From assembly GCA_030704615.1 (NCBI GenBank), contig CM060731.1, positions 75,082,001 through 75,146,000 of the forward strand: DNA of 64,000 nt. Reading direction: 5' to 3'. Numbering within the stretch: position 1 is the stretch's first letter; each line of letters starts with the position of its first letter. A program made the position numbers and the translations under genes. Shown one piece after another: positions 12,291-25,100 of the stretch. This DNA is from Takakia lepidozioides. Lineage: Eukaryota; Plantae; Bryophyta. The notes under the pieces were generated by a model. That model had not been told where the DNA came from. It worked only from the letters and a program-made list of their open reading frames with translations, and did no database searches.

Positions 12291-13280
12291 TGTGGCATAT
12301 AAATCTTCCAAGAGCTCATAGGTGGAAAGTCAGCCCATAATTGCTCGTGACTGGAGCAGATAACTATTGAAGGGGGAATTCTGACTGACTCTGGTGATAA
12401 GGGTAGAAATGAGAGTGCTGTTCTGATTGTGGTGTGGATGGTGGGGCATCTTTGAAGCTTGAAGATGAAAGTGAATACAATTTTTTTGAATGGGCATGAT
12501 TCTTTGAGCTTCCGTGTGCATTAATTTTTAAAATTTGGACATGTTTATATGTTTCTCATGGTACCCCTTCAAAGAGAGCGCCTTGACTAACTTTAATGAA
12601 GGTTGTCAAAAGCTAGCGTATATCTCTCCAAGATCTAATCCCATGGCAGTCAGGTTAGTTTGCACAGTGATTGTATTTGGGTATTCTGTTATTGCTTGAT
12701 TCTGCAAGAGTTGGATTCGCAAGACTCCCTCACCATGACATCAGTTTGTGCATGTTGGAGTTCAAGATTGGGTTACCAAGTACAGTATTTAGAGCTCAGC
12801 CGGAGGTACATCATAGGACTCAAGGACCAAACAAGAACTGCGCTGGAGCAAATTTTACAAGCTTTTCTAACTTTGCAAGTGCATGGCACGGCAGGAAACA
12901 TGACAACTCTGCATTTGCAGGTCTGGGGGAAAACCATGTCAGTTACTTCCATCTTAATTTTTTTGTATATACGTCCATTGCTTGGTCATGAGGCAGTCAG
13001 CAGGCAAGCCTTCCCTAGATCTCCAGAGCAAATGACTAGTGTCTGTGACAAATGTATGTGTATTCCAACACTCCAACTTTTACTCGGCTATACTGCAGCT
13101 CCGCAACATGAGAATGGACTCACATCACCCGTCAACCCATTTGTAGCACAGGAACTACTTAGAGAATCTTGATGCAAATAAACGGTTTGTGTACTAATCT
13201 GGCAAGCCAAGGTGTCCAGTGTCCTCCTTCATGTGTATCCACCTCGCAAGACTCTTTCAAAGACCTGTAATAGTTTGCAA

Positions 13281-15049
13281 GGAGAAGCTGTGGAAGAAAT
13301 ATTTTTTGGACCCCAGTCAATGGTGGGTCAATCAAGGCAAAAAGGTGAATGCCAGTTAAATTACAGAGAGAAGCAGACAATTAAATGTGTCGCAAAACTT
13401 TCTTGGACTCTCTCTCTCCCCTGCACATTTTGAAAGTCTTGCATAGGAACTAGTCTGTGATAAGTAGGGTTGGGGTGTTTGCTAGAAAAAATTAGGTTGT
13501 GATTGTCAGCTCCTAGCAGCAAGGGAAGGGTCTATGCATTATTGGTGTTGAAGCAGGTATAGCTGAAGGAGCAGGGATACAGTGTGGGTCCAGTTTCATC
13601 CAAGAGGACCAGATTTCAAGCACAAGATCACCTCTGAATCCCTGTGGATTGATAACTATAGGAATCCTGCATGGGTGGATGGTCAATTGGAAGCAGCTGC
13701 AGCAGCACAGTTGACAAAATCAGGCATCTCCAGCATGACCACAGCTTCCAAAAGAGGACCAAGATCTGGCACTTTTGTACCTGTGAGCTATGTGAGGCAG
13801 GGCAACTGAAAGATGCTCTACAGATTTTAAACCAAGGAGGCATTTTTGCAGATTCAGATACTTATGTCTGTCTCTTACATACGTGCATCAAGATGAAAAG
13901 CCTGGAAGCCACAAAAGCAGGTTCATGCTCACATTATCCAACGGGGATTCAAGCCAATTTTCCTACACAACCACCTTGTCAACATGTATGTCAAGTGTGG
14001 GGACATTATGGATGCACACCTAGTATTCAACACAATGCCTGAACATGGTTTGATCACGTGGAATATTATGATTGCATGATTTAACAAGCATGGGTGTGGT
14101 AAGAATGCCTTGGAGACATATGAGCAAATGCTATGGGAATGTGTGAGACCAGACAGGGTCACATTCATTTGTGTTTGCAGTACATGTGCGAGCCTGGCAG
14201 CCCTGGAAAAGGGCAAAGAAGTCCATGGCGACATCATCAAAGCGGGAATTGTACCAGATGTCATTCTGAACACGGCCCTGGTGGACATGTATGCCAAATG
14301 TGGCAGCATCGAGGATGCAAGGGGAGTGTTTGACAATATGACTGAATGAAATGTGGTGTCCTGGAATGTGATGATTGCAGGATATACCCAGCATGGGTGT
14401 GGGATGGAGGCTTTGGAGACATATGAGCAAATGATGTGGGAAGGGGTGACGCCGGACCGTGTCACATTCGTTTGCGTTTGCAATGCGTGTGCAAGCCTGG
14501 GGGCTGTGGAAAAGGGCAAAGAGGTCCATGGAGACATCATCAAAGCAGGAATTGTACCAGATGTCATTGTGAACAATACCCTTGTGGACATGTATGCCAA
14601 AGGCGGTAGCATGGAGGATGCAAAGGGAGTGTTTGACGATATGGCCAAACGAAAGGTGGTGTCCTGGACCGCGATGATTTCAGGATATGCCCAACATGGG
14701 TTTGGGGTGGAGGCTTTGGAGACGTATGGGCAAATGATGCGAGAACGGGTGAAGCCCAACCGGGTTACATTCGTTTGCGTTTGCAACGCGTGTGCAAGCC
14801 TGGCAGCCCTGGACAAGTGCAGAGAGGTCCATGGTGACATCATCAAAGCGGGAATTGTACCGGATGTCATTCTGAACAATACCCTGGTGGACATGTATGC
14901 CAAAGGCGGGAGCATCGAGGATGCAAAAGGAGTGTTTGACAACATGGTTGAACGAGATGTGGTGTCCTGGAACGCGATGATTGCAGGATACGGCCAGCAT
15001 GGATGTGGGATGGAGGCTTTGGAAATGTATGAGCAAATGATTTGGGAAG
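13281..15049 (+). pseudogene. PPR-DYW pseudogene C, 5' part (E6 remnant 13281-13344, E7 from 13594)
   Basis: KLWKKYFLDPSQWWVNQGKK|gt, FHPRGPDFKHKITSESLWIDNYRNPAWV, then PLS repeats with frameshifts and in-frame TGA stops (about 14077 and 14347). Ends abruptly inside a P motif at 15049. Confidence 0.85.
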
Positions 15050-16835
15050 ACCCAGAATTAGGACAACACTCTGAGTTCCATCCACTGTCACCAAAATCAG
15101 TCAAAAAACACCCTTTCAGTCAAGTGCAATTATGGGCTGACTTCCCACCTATGCCGGGTAGACCCCATGATGGTCAATACTCCCAGGAAATGGTGGATGG
15201 TCTGAGTAGCTACACAGATCAATGAATGAAGCAAGACACTCACATCTTTCCAAGAAAACATCCTTTCACCAGTAATCACCACAAGAACAAATCCCATCTT
15301 CAAAGTGGTGAAAGTGGTTAGCGGGGAGTACAACAATTGCTCGGCCAACAATCTTTGAGATGAATATGGTGACCCTTGGGCCAACGGCAGAGGCTACCCT
15401 AGAGGTCGCACTTGGGCCTCGACATAGGAGATATCAAGGGAAAGGTCTCCGGTTCAAATCAGGTCGTAGATTCCGTGTTAAAAAAATGATATATTGATTG
15501 GACACTTGTGCCAACGACAAAGGCTACCCTGGACGTCATACTTGGGCCTAGACATAGGAGACTCACTTGAATGCATAGGAGATTGCACTTGGGCTTACAT
15601 GACCCTGGACACTTGGGCCAACGGCACAGGCTACCCTACTTTCAATTGAAGAGGGAGAGGTATGAAATCCACCACTACAAAATGACAAGGTGTCCACTTT
15701 TCATTTTGCGGTTATTGAGGATAACTGATCTGAGGGATCTGATGGCAAGATGGAGGGCCCGGAGACAAGTTGTGATGAAGGTGTGGGGCAGGTCGAGCTT
15801 TGTGTATCAATAAATAGCAGAACACCCCACACAGCCGAAGATTCTTGATCAGACGAAGACACGTCCCAGGGGCCGTGCTGATAAGCCCAAAACCAATGGT
15901 CAGCTTCTCACTGTGGTGGCAAAGAAAAAATTCCTTTTGCTCCTCCCCCACATCATGCAATACAAAGCGCGTGTCAGGCACATACCCTGCCTCCTTCATC
16001 TGCCCAGACAATCTTCTCAACTCAGCATGGATTTCCTCAATTCTGGGATGCATTTTGTCATCAACAACAAAGGTGTGCACCCTGTTGCCAATCTCAATGC
16101 AGCAGCGATCTGGCTCCTTTCTAACCCCTCTCACCTTCATCATTTTTCTCACCCTTGCAGTATCGTCCCACATGTTAGCTGCGGCATAGATGTTTGACAG
16201 CAACACATAAGTTGCAGCATCCTGTTCATCCCACTTGAGAATAGATGTTGCCGCACGTTCAGCCATCTCCGCATTGCCATGGATTCTGCAGGCACCAAGC
16301 AAGGCCTTCCATACCACAGAATCTGGTTCCATTGGCGTTTTATTAATGAGGTCCTCTGCCTCATCCAATCGCCCCGCACGTCCAAGCAGGTCCACCATGC
16401 AGCCAAAGTGCTTTACTGTCGGAGTGACACCATGGTCTTGATTGAGGGAATCAAAGTAGCGTCTTCCTTCATCCAGCAGGCCAACATGGCTGCAAGCAGA
16501 GAGAACACATATAAAGGTGATACTGTCTGGCTTCAAGCCTTCCTCTTTCATTTCTTCAAATAGTTGGAGGGCCTCTCGATGTAACCATGCTGGGCATATC
16601 CTGCGATCAATGCACTCCGCGAAATCACGTTTTGTTCAGCCATATTGTCGAACAATCCCTTGGCATCCTCGATGCTGCCGCATTTGGCATACATGTCCAC
16701 CAGGGCAGTATTCAGAATGACATCCGGTACAATTCCCGCTTTGATGATGTCACGATGGATCTTTTTTCCCTTTCCCAGGGCTGTTAGGCTCGCACACGCA
16801 TTGCAAGCACAAACAAACGTGACCCGGTCCGGCTT
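15050..16835 (-). pseudogene. PPR-DYW pseudogene C, inverted 3' part (last L-S, P2-L2-S2, E1/E2, DYW, 3' flank)
   Basis: Minus ORFs 16548-16913 and 15712-16551 give KPDRVTF...HSEKLT...NLRLCG. The DYW tip (...CSCGDYW*, stop at 15266-15268) resumes after an insertion. Confidence 0.85.
15372..15825. repeat. About 450-bp insertion with internal direct repeats, interrupting the DYW CxxC motif of pseudogene C
   Basis: Three copies of cttgggccaacggcagaggctaccct-like sequence (about 15375, 15502, 15611) and two of cttgggcct.gacataggaga (15411, 15541). Confidence 0.6.
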
Positions 16836-17240
16836 GGAGCTTCTCCAAGGCTTGAAGATGACAGTGAATACGAATTTTAATGAGCTTGATGAGAGGGGCA
16901 GCCATGTGCACAAGTTTGTTCAGCATCTTAAATTTGGACATGTTTGTTTGTTTCTCGTGATGTGGCTTTGGATGGAGCCCTCGACGAACTTGCATGAATA
17001 TTGTCAAAAGCTAGCCTTAACCCACCAAGATCCAATCCCATGGTGGCTGCTTGAAAGTTCATATAGTGATTGTAAGGGTATTTGGGTATGTTGTTATTGA
17101 TTGATGCGGCTTGACTGCCTCACACTATAACATCGGTTTGTGCATGTTGGAGTCAAGGTTGGGGGTAATTACTTGAGCTGCCAATCTCAAACAAGCCGAA
17201 AAACTGCTCCTCCTTGTGGATCTACTGGTTTTTCTCTTCA

Positions 17241-17263
17241 TCTCTCTCTCTCTCTCTCTCTCT
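17241..17263. repeat. (TC)n microsatellite
   Basis: tctctctctctctctctctctct. Confidence 0.9.
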
Positions 17264-17451
17264 GGTCCAGCTTGTAATTTTAGTTTTTGTTCCTGCAGGT
17301 TCTGAAGTATTTGTTGATGCATAGTCCTCCAGAACAAGCTCTGATCCTGTTGCCTCGCTGCTGGCAAGTGTGAATGGATTTGAGTGTCTCATCACGTGTG
17401 GAAGTGTCTGCATATTGGGCAGAAAAGGGGGTTCAAATCCCCCTCACTTCT

Positions 17452-19999
17452 TGGCAGGATTTACCAAGCATGGGTGTGGTAGGAATACTTTGGAGACCTA
17501 TGAGCAAATGTTGCGCGAAGGGGTGAAGCCCAACCACATCACATTTGCTTGTGTTTGCAATGCGTGTGCAAGCCTGGGAGCTCTGGAAAAGGGGAAAGAG
17601 GTCCTTGCTGACATCGTGAAAGCTGGAATTGTACCAGATGTCATTCTGAACATTGCCCTGGTGGAAATTTATGTCAAATGTGCGTGCATCGAGGATCCCA
17701 AGGGAGTGCTCGAAAGTATGGCTGAACGAGATGTGGTGTCGTGGAGTGTGATGATTGCAGGCTATGCACAGCAAGGGTGCGGGATGGAGGCTTTGGAGAC
17801 CTATGAGCAAGTGATGTGCGAAGGGGTGAAGCCCAACCACATAAGTTTGTTTCTGTTTGCAATGCGTGTGCAAGCCTGGGAGCTCTGGAAAAGAGGAAAG
17901 AGGTCCATGGTGACATCGTCAACGCTGGAATTGTATCAGATGTCATTCTGAACACTGCCCTGGTGGAAATGTATGTCAAATGTGCGTGCATCGAGGATCC
18001 CAAGGGAGTGCTCGAAAGTATGGCTGAACGAGATGTGGTGTCGTGGAGTGCGATGATTGCAGGCTATGCACAGCAAGGGTGCGGGATGGAGGCTTTGGAG
18101 ACCTATGAGCAAGTGATGTGCGAAGGGGTGAAGCCCAACCACATAACGTTTGTTTTTGTTTGCAATGCGTGTGCAAGCCTGGGAGCTCTGGAAAAGGGGA
18201 AAGAGGTCCATGGTGACATCGTCAAAGCTGGAATTGTACCAGATGTCATCCTGAACACTGCCCTGGTCAACATGTATGCACGGGATGGAGGCTTTGGAGA
18301 CCTATGAGCAAATGATGTGCGAAGGGGGGAGGGGATTCCACGCCTGGATTGCCCTTGCATTCAGATGCTGCCCTCCGCAAGCCTGGCACCCTGGAAAAGG
18401 GCAAGAGGTGCATGGGTGCATTACCAAATCTGCGAAGGGAGGGTTCGACACTATGGCCAAACGTGATGTGGTGTCGTGGAACATGATGCTTGCAGGGTAT
18501 GCACAACAGGGGCCCAGGAGGAGGCTTTGGATACCTATGAGCAAATGATGGGGGAAGGGGTGAAGCCCGACCACATCAGGTTTGTGCGTTTGCAGTGTGT
18601 GTGCAAGCCTGGCAGCCCTGGAAAAGGGCAAAGGGTTTATGGTTGCATCGCCAAAGCTGGAATTCTACCAGATGTGGTTCTGAATAATACCCTCGTGGAC
18701 ACGTATGCCAAATGTGGGTGCATCGAGGATGTGGAGGGAGTGTTCGACCATATGGCCAACCGAGTGTGGTAGGCTTGGACTGCCATGATTGCAGGATATG
18801 CACAGCAGGGGCGCGGGATGGAGGCTATGGAGACCTACAAGCAAATGATGTGGGAAGGGGTGAAGCCTGTTGTCAAGCTGGAATTGTACCAGATGTCATT
18901 CCGAACAGTGCCCTGGTGGATATGTATGCCAAATGTGGTGCATTGAAGACGCGAAGGGAGTGTTCGACAATATGGCTAAACGAAATGTGGTGTCTTGGAG
19001 TGCCATGACAGCAGCATGGGTGTGGGATGGAGGCTATGGAGACCTATGAGCAAATGATGCGGGAAAGGGGTGAAGCCAAATCACATCATGTTCTTGTGCA
19101 TTTGCAATGTGTGTGCGAGCCTGGCAGCCCTGGAAAAGGGCAAAGAGGTCCATGATGGTAACATCATCAAAGCTGGTATCGTACCAAATGTCATTCTAAA
19201 CACAACCCTGGTGGACATGTATGCGAAATGTGGTGCATCGAGGATGCGAAGGGAGCGGTCGACAATATGACTGAACGAGATGTGGTGTCCTGGAACGCGA
19301 TGATTGCTGGATATGCCCAGCATGGTTGTCATATGGAGGCCCTACAACTATTTGGCTATTTTGAATAATGCAGAGGGAAGGCTTCAAGTTGGACAGTATC
19401 ACCTTTATATGTGTTCTCTCTGCATGCAGCCACACTGGCCTACTGGATGAAAAAGACGCTACTGGGATTCCCTGAGTCAAGATCATGGTGTCACTCTGAC
19501 AGTAAGTGCACTTTGGCTGCATGGTGGACCTTCTTGGACGTGCCAGACAACTGGATGACCAGTGGACCTGATTAATAAAATGCCATCAATCCAGATGCTG
19601 TGGTGTGGAAGGCCTTGCTTGGTGCCTGCAGAATCCATGGCAATGTGGAGATGGCTGAATGTGCGGCAACATCTATCCTCCCGTCGGATGAACAGGATGC
19701 CGCGACTTATGTGTTGCTATCAAATATCTATGCTGCAGCTGCCAGGTGGGATCCATCTGAGCAGCAGAACGTTCTCCCTGCATTTTCCCAGCGCCTAACA
19801 ACAAGCTGTATGTCCCATCACATTTCACATGAGCTTGTTCTTCCTTGTACGACAATTTGACACTTAGAATAGTTTATATAGCTATCGGGACATTAAATTA
19901 AGAATCCAAACTATTTGAAATCTACACCAATTGGCCATATAAACAAATGGTCAGAGGGGTTAGAAAGGAGCCAGGTCACGGCTGTATGCTGTATTGAGG
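17452..19999 (+). pseudogene. PPR pseudogene D: 5'-truncated, heavily frameshifted PLS array, E domain interrupted, DYW lost
   Basis: Recognisable P/L/S motifs in shifting frames, VWKALLGACRIHGNVEMAE and YAAAARWD. An insertion at about 19753-19950 is followed by only RGVRKEPG. Confidence 0.85.
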
Positions 20000-22154
20000 T
20001 ATTTTTATCAAGACATTCATTTTTTATCAAGATAATAAAGCTAAATGTTGAGAAACTAAAGGATGGCCAACAGTCAGTACCTAAGTTGGTTAGTAAACTG
20101 AGTGCCACCCAGATGATTCTGGGGCAAAACATGCTACTTGAGGGGTGTGGTATACTCTTCTATCCCTTCCATTGGGCGGTGCCCCATTTTTACGCCTTCA
20201 TGGTGGGGTTATTGTGAAAGAGGTTATTTTCTCCTCACTATCAAGGGGCCTGATTTGTGAGCTGTCGCTCCCAGGTGTTTCCCTTTAAAAAAAATTAAAA
20301 AAAAATGGATGAGCAACGGATAAACAACCGGATTTTGATCCTGATGAAACAAATGCGTTCACCTCTACCTCACTTTTAGGGCATAGATAGAGGTAGCTAC
20401 ATCAAACAGTGAAATTTGGAAATCCACCTTATTTTGTGAAAATTGAACGGTAGTTCTTAGAATTCGTCGCTAGTAGTGTGGAGCAACACAAAGCCCTAAT
20501 ATTTAGATAAATAATTATTTATTTCAAGTGGTTGTAGAAAGTAGTGGGTAGTGTGGTGGTAAAGGGCAACTTGTGATGAACGTGAATTTTTTGTGTTCAA
20601 ATCCTAGAAGGTGATATTGTGGTTGTAATGTGTGTTAATTATAAATATATATTTTGTTTGAGGAAGGTTGGAGTTAGCCAGTTGATCCCGGTCAGTCCGC
20701 TCGTCAATCGCCAATCTTATGGTGAGTCCGCCAGTATGAGTCAGTCTTTGGAGTCAATCCCTTGCCAATCGCCAGTCTGCTGGTCAGTCCGCTCGCAAGT
20801 TGGAGTCAGTCTGCTGGAGGAATCGGTCGGTCGCGAGTCTGTTAGAAGGTCCGCCGCCGTTAAAGAACTAAGACTTGGAAAAAATTCAAAATATCAAGGG
20901 GGGGTGGGTTCATGAGCTCACCCATGGGCCGTACCGGTGGCGCATTGAACTCGCTATTATTAAATAATGAGAGGCATGGAAACTTCTATGTGGATCCAAG
21001 GTACATACAAAAATAAAAAAAATAAAAACAATTACAACTTGAAAATCATATATTCCTCAATTAAAAAATTTGCATCATTTTCATGTAATTATACAATCCT
21101 CAAATACAATGGCAATATTATGAAGACATGAACCATGATTATAACCTTCAAATGTCTCACATTTTATGTCGTATAGAAACAAGAATACACCACTCATCAA
21201 CCGATGTGCACAAATTCATAAATTCATCAAAGTATTCATATGTTTCAATCCACAACCATATGGGTTAATAATGTATGACATACACATGAACTTATATTCT
21301 TTCAATACAACATCATGTCATGGCTCAGAATTCATAGCAGAAATTACCTCCAGTAACATTTCCCTCATATAACATCTGTCTTATTGAACAATTTATGCAG
21401 AAAAAAGATGAAATTTCAAGTTTATTATGGATGAAAGTAGATTTCGCTACCTATTCTCGAAGAGGAGCCATACGCGTATTATCTAGCTGCGTATTATCTA
21501 TGAACCGATTTTTCATTCCGAGAGCCTTAATATACGTCCAGGAAGGCATGCTTTACATTGGAGAGCCCTAAAATTATCATCCATGAAGGCTATAATTATG
21601 AACAAATGTGACCCTGTAAGTCTACAAATGGTATACCGTATAAAGATGCCGCCAATCAGAACGCACAAAATAAATAGGGTTGCTAATTACTTCCTCACAT
21701 CTACGTCCCAGGAACGATTTTGACCGTTCAAAAACGTCAGATCCGTCCTCTCCCTCTCGTAAATTAAGTTCTTACATTACTCCTACTGTTTTCCTTGACA
21801 GTGACTCTTATCACGCTGCTGTTGCAATCGTTTCTTGCATCGGGGCGGTGAGTACACGGACCAAGTGCACTACTTGAGTCAGGTTCCGTGTCTGCCATGG
21901 TTGTGGCAAGCACCCCTAGCTTACTGACTCCAAGGACATTGACCCGCAGAATGAGAAGCATGAAGCCGCAACCAACGATGATGATGATGTGGAGCAGCGG
22001 GTGGGAGCTTTGCTTGCAAATTTCGGGAGCAGATGAGACTGCAGAGCGGAAAAGAAGGCTCTGCTCGGAAGCCTCCATCTCACCCTAGCTCCCAAAGGTC
22101 TGGACCTCTGGACCAAAAACATATGTCCTGCCAATGTCTCACTCACTGGCGGGG

Positions 22155-25100
22155 ATGGCAACGTCTTCCGGCGTCCTCCTGACAGCGCACGCCGACTCCA
22201 TACCCCAGGCCCTGTCCACTCGCATCTGTTATGCGGGAGGCCTCGCGGCATGCAGTGGATTGAGGGGCTCGGCTGTTGAGCTGAAAGCGGCATCCCCCTT
22301 GGCAATGCACAGTGGACGGAATCCCTTGCATGTAGTTGCAATGGCGCCTCGCCAACCTTCAGGGTTGCCAGTCAAATTAGGTGATCACACGAAACACTTT
22401 GTGGTTTCCCTTTTTGGGTTCGCTGTGTTGTATGCCCCGAAGGATCCAGACTTGGAATTGTCTTTTGAGCAATTCAGCATAAACGAATGTACTCTGGGCA
22501 AAGAAGAAAGCACAAGGGATAGCTAGTCAAGGGCGATATTTGGTATATCTCGCACGAAGGTCAATGCTGGAGCATGGAACACCGCTGGCAATTCTATAAA
22601 GATTCTTCACAATGGTGGGACTACAGCAGCGACGAGGTGAGCTTTCTTCATGTGAAGGAGTGTGAGGGAGTTTGATTGTACTCTTATGTTGAATGACGTT
22701 GGAATCTCGCTTTGCTCAAAATCTCCTTTTACTGTGAATATCGTAGTTTGTTTCTTCCTGATCAGGGAATGAAAGTAGGATGCGCAAGGTTCCCCCTGGA
22801 GTTTGCAAGCTACTTGGGACTTTTAAGGTAGGGGGAAGGTCTTGGTCATAGCAAGTTGTGTTTAAGTCTATTCGGTTGCGCTGTGGTGGTTCTCACAGAC
22901 CAATTCGAGATCACCTCACTACAGACATAAGCAACACAAACAAGAGGTCCTTTGGGTTGGTGGTTGGTTGAAGCCCCGGTGGGTGAATAAAGAGCTACGC
23001 GCTTTCATGACACAACGTCAGGTGCAATATGGTGAGGTCACCTTCTTTAACACGTTTCAGCCTGTTTCGTCCTCTTATCAGAATCGGCCCTATTTTTCAT
23101 GTTGTCTTCTGCAAGTTAGTTAGTTGAGTCAATCTATGGTGGTTTGGAGTGATTTTGATGTGTTACTGGCAATGTGGCAACAGGCAATTATCCACAAACT
23201 GAAAACAGAGAGGAGGAGAAGCTTTGGAAGGAATGTTTTTTGGACCCCTGTCAATGGTGGGACAATCGAGGCCAAAAGGTGAATGCCTGTTGAATTACAG
23301 AGTATAGCAGTCAACCAGATGTGTTTCAAAGTGTTCTTGGAAAATGTCATTCTCTCTCACCATCACATTTTGAAAGTCTTGGGAGTATTCAGCATAGGAA
23401 CTAGTCTTTGATAAGTAGGGTTGGGTGTTGCTAGAAAAATTCTAGGCTGTCATTGTCAGCTGCTAGCCGAAAGGGGAAGATCTATGCATTATTGGTGCTG
23501 AGGCAGGGATAGCTGAAGGGATGGAGTGTGGGTCCAGATTCATCTGAAAGGCCCAGATTTCAAGCACGAGAATAGTAATGAATCCCTGTGGATTGATAGC
23601 TTCAAGAAACCTGCATGGGTAGATGGTCAACTGGAAGCAGCAGCAGCAGCGGCACACTTGATAAAATCAGGCGCCTCCACCATGACCACAGCTTCCAAAA
23701 GAGGACCAAGAGAGGGACTCTCTAATACCTCTTCTGGCACTTCTGAGCATGTGAGGATGCTATGTGAGGCAGGGCAAGTGAAAGAGGCTCTACAGATTTT
23801 AAACCAAGGAGGCGTGTCAGCAAATTCAGATACTTATGTCTGTCTCTTGCGTAAGTGCATCAAGATGAAAAACCTGGAAGCAGGAAAGCAGGTGCATGCT
23901 CACATTACCCAAAGTGGATACAAGCCCAACGTTTTCCTACACAACACTTTTGTCAACATGTATGTTAAGTGCGGGAGCATTGTGGATGCATACCAAGTGT
24001 TCAACAAAATGCCTAAACACGGTTTGATTACGTGGAATATTATGATGGCAGGATTCAACAAGCATGGGTGTGGTAAGAATGTTTTGGAGACATATGAGCA
24101 AATGATTAGGCATCGTGTGAAGCCCAACCACATCACGTTCATTTGTGTTTGCAATGCATGCGCAAGCCTGGCAGCTCTGGAAAAGGGCAAAGAGATCCAT
24201 GGGGACATCATCAAAGCGAGAATTGAACCAGATGTCATTTTGAACACTGCTCTGGTGGACATGTATGCCAAATGTGGCAGCATCCAGGATGCAAAGGGAG
24301 TGTTCGACTGTATGGCTGAACGAAATGTGGTGTCCTGGAACGCGATGATCACAGGATATGCCCAGCATGGGTGTGGGATGGAGGCTTTGGAGATGTATGA
24401 GCAGATGATGCAGGAAGGGGTGAAGCCCAACCAGGTCACGTACACTTGTGTTTGTAATGCGTGCGCGAGCCTGGCAGCCCTGGAAAAAGGCAAAGAGGTC
24501 CATGGGGACATCATTAAAGTGGGAATCGTACCAGATGTCATTCTGAACAATACCCTTGTGGACATGTATGCCAAAGGCGGGAGCATTGAGGATGCAAAGA
24601 GAGTGTTCGACAATATGGCTGAACGAAGTGTGGTGTCCTGGAACGCGATGATTACAGGATATGCGCAGCATGGGTGTGGGATGGAGGCTTTGGAGACGTA
24701 TGAGCAAATGACGAGGGAAGGGGTGAAGCCCAACCTGGTCACATTTGTTTGCGTTTGCAATGCGTGCGCGAGCCTGGCAGCCCTGGAAAAGGGCAAAGAA
24801 ATCCATAATGACATTATCAAAGCGGGAATTGTACCAGATGTCTTTCTTAATACTGCCCTGGTGGATATGTATGCCAAATGTGGCAGCATCGAGAATGCAA
24901 AGGGAGTGTTCGACAATATGGCTGAACAAAATGTGGTGTCCTGGAATGCGATGATCGCAGGATATGCCCAGCATGGGTGCGGGATGGAGGCTTTGGAGAC
25001 CTATGAGCAAATGATAAGGGAAGGTGTGAAGCCAGACCGGGTCACGTTCGTTTGCGTTTGCAGTGCATGCGCAAGCCTGGCAGCCCTGGAAAAGGGGAAA

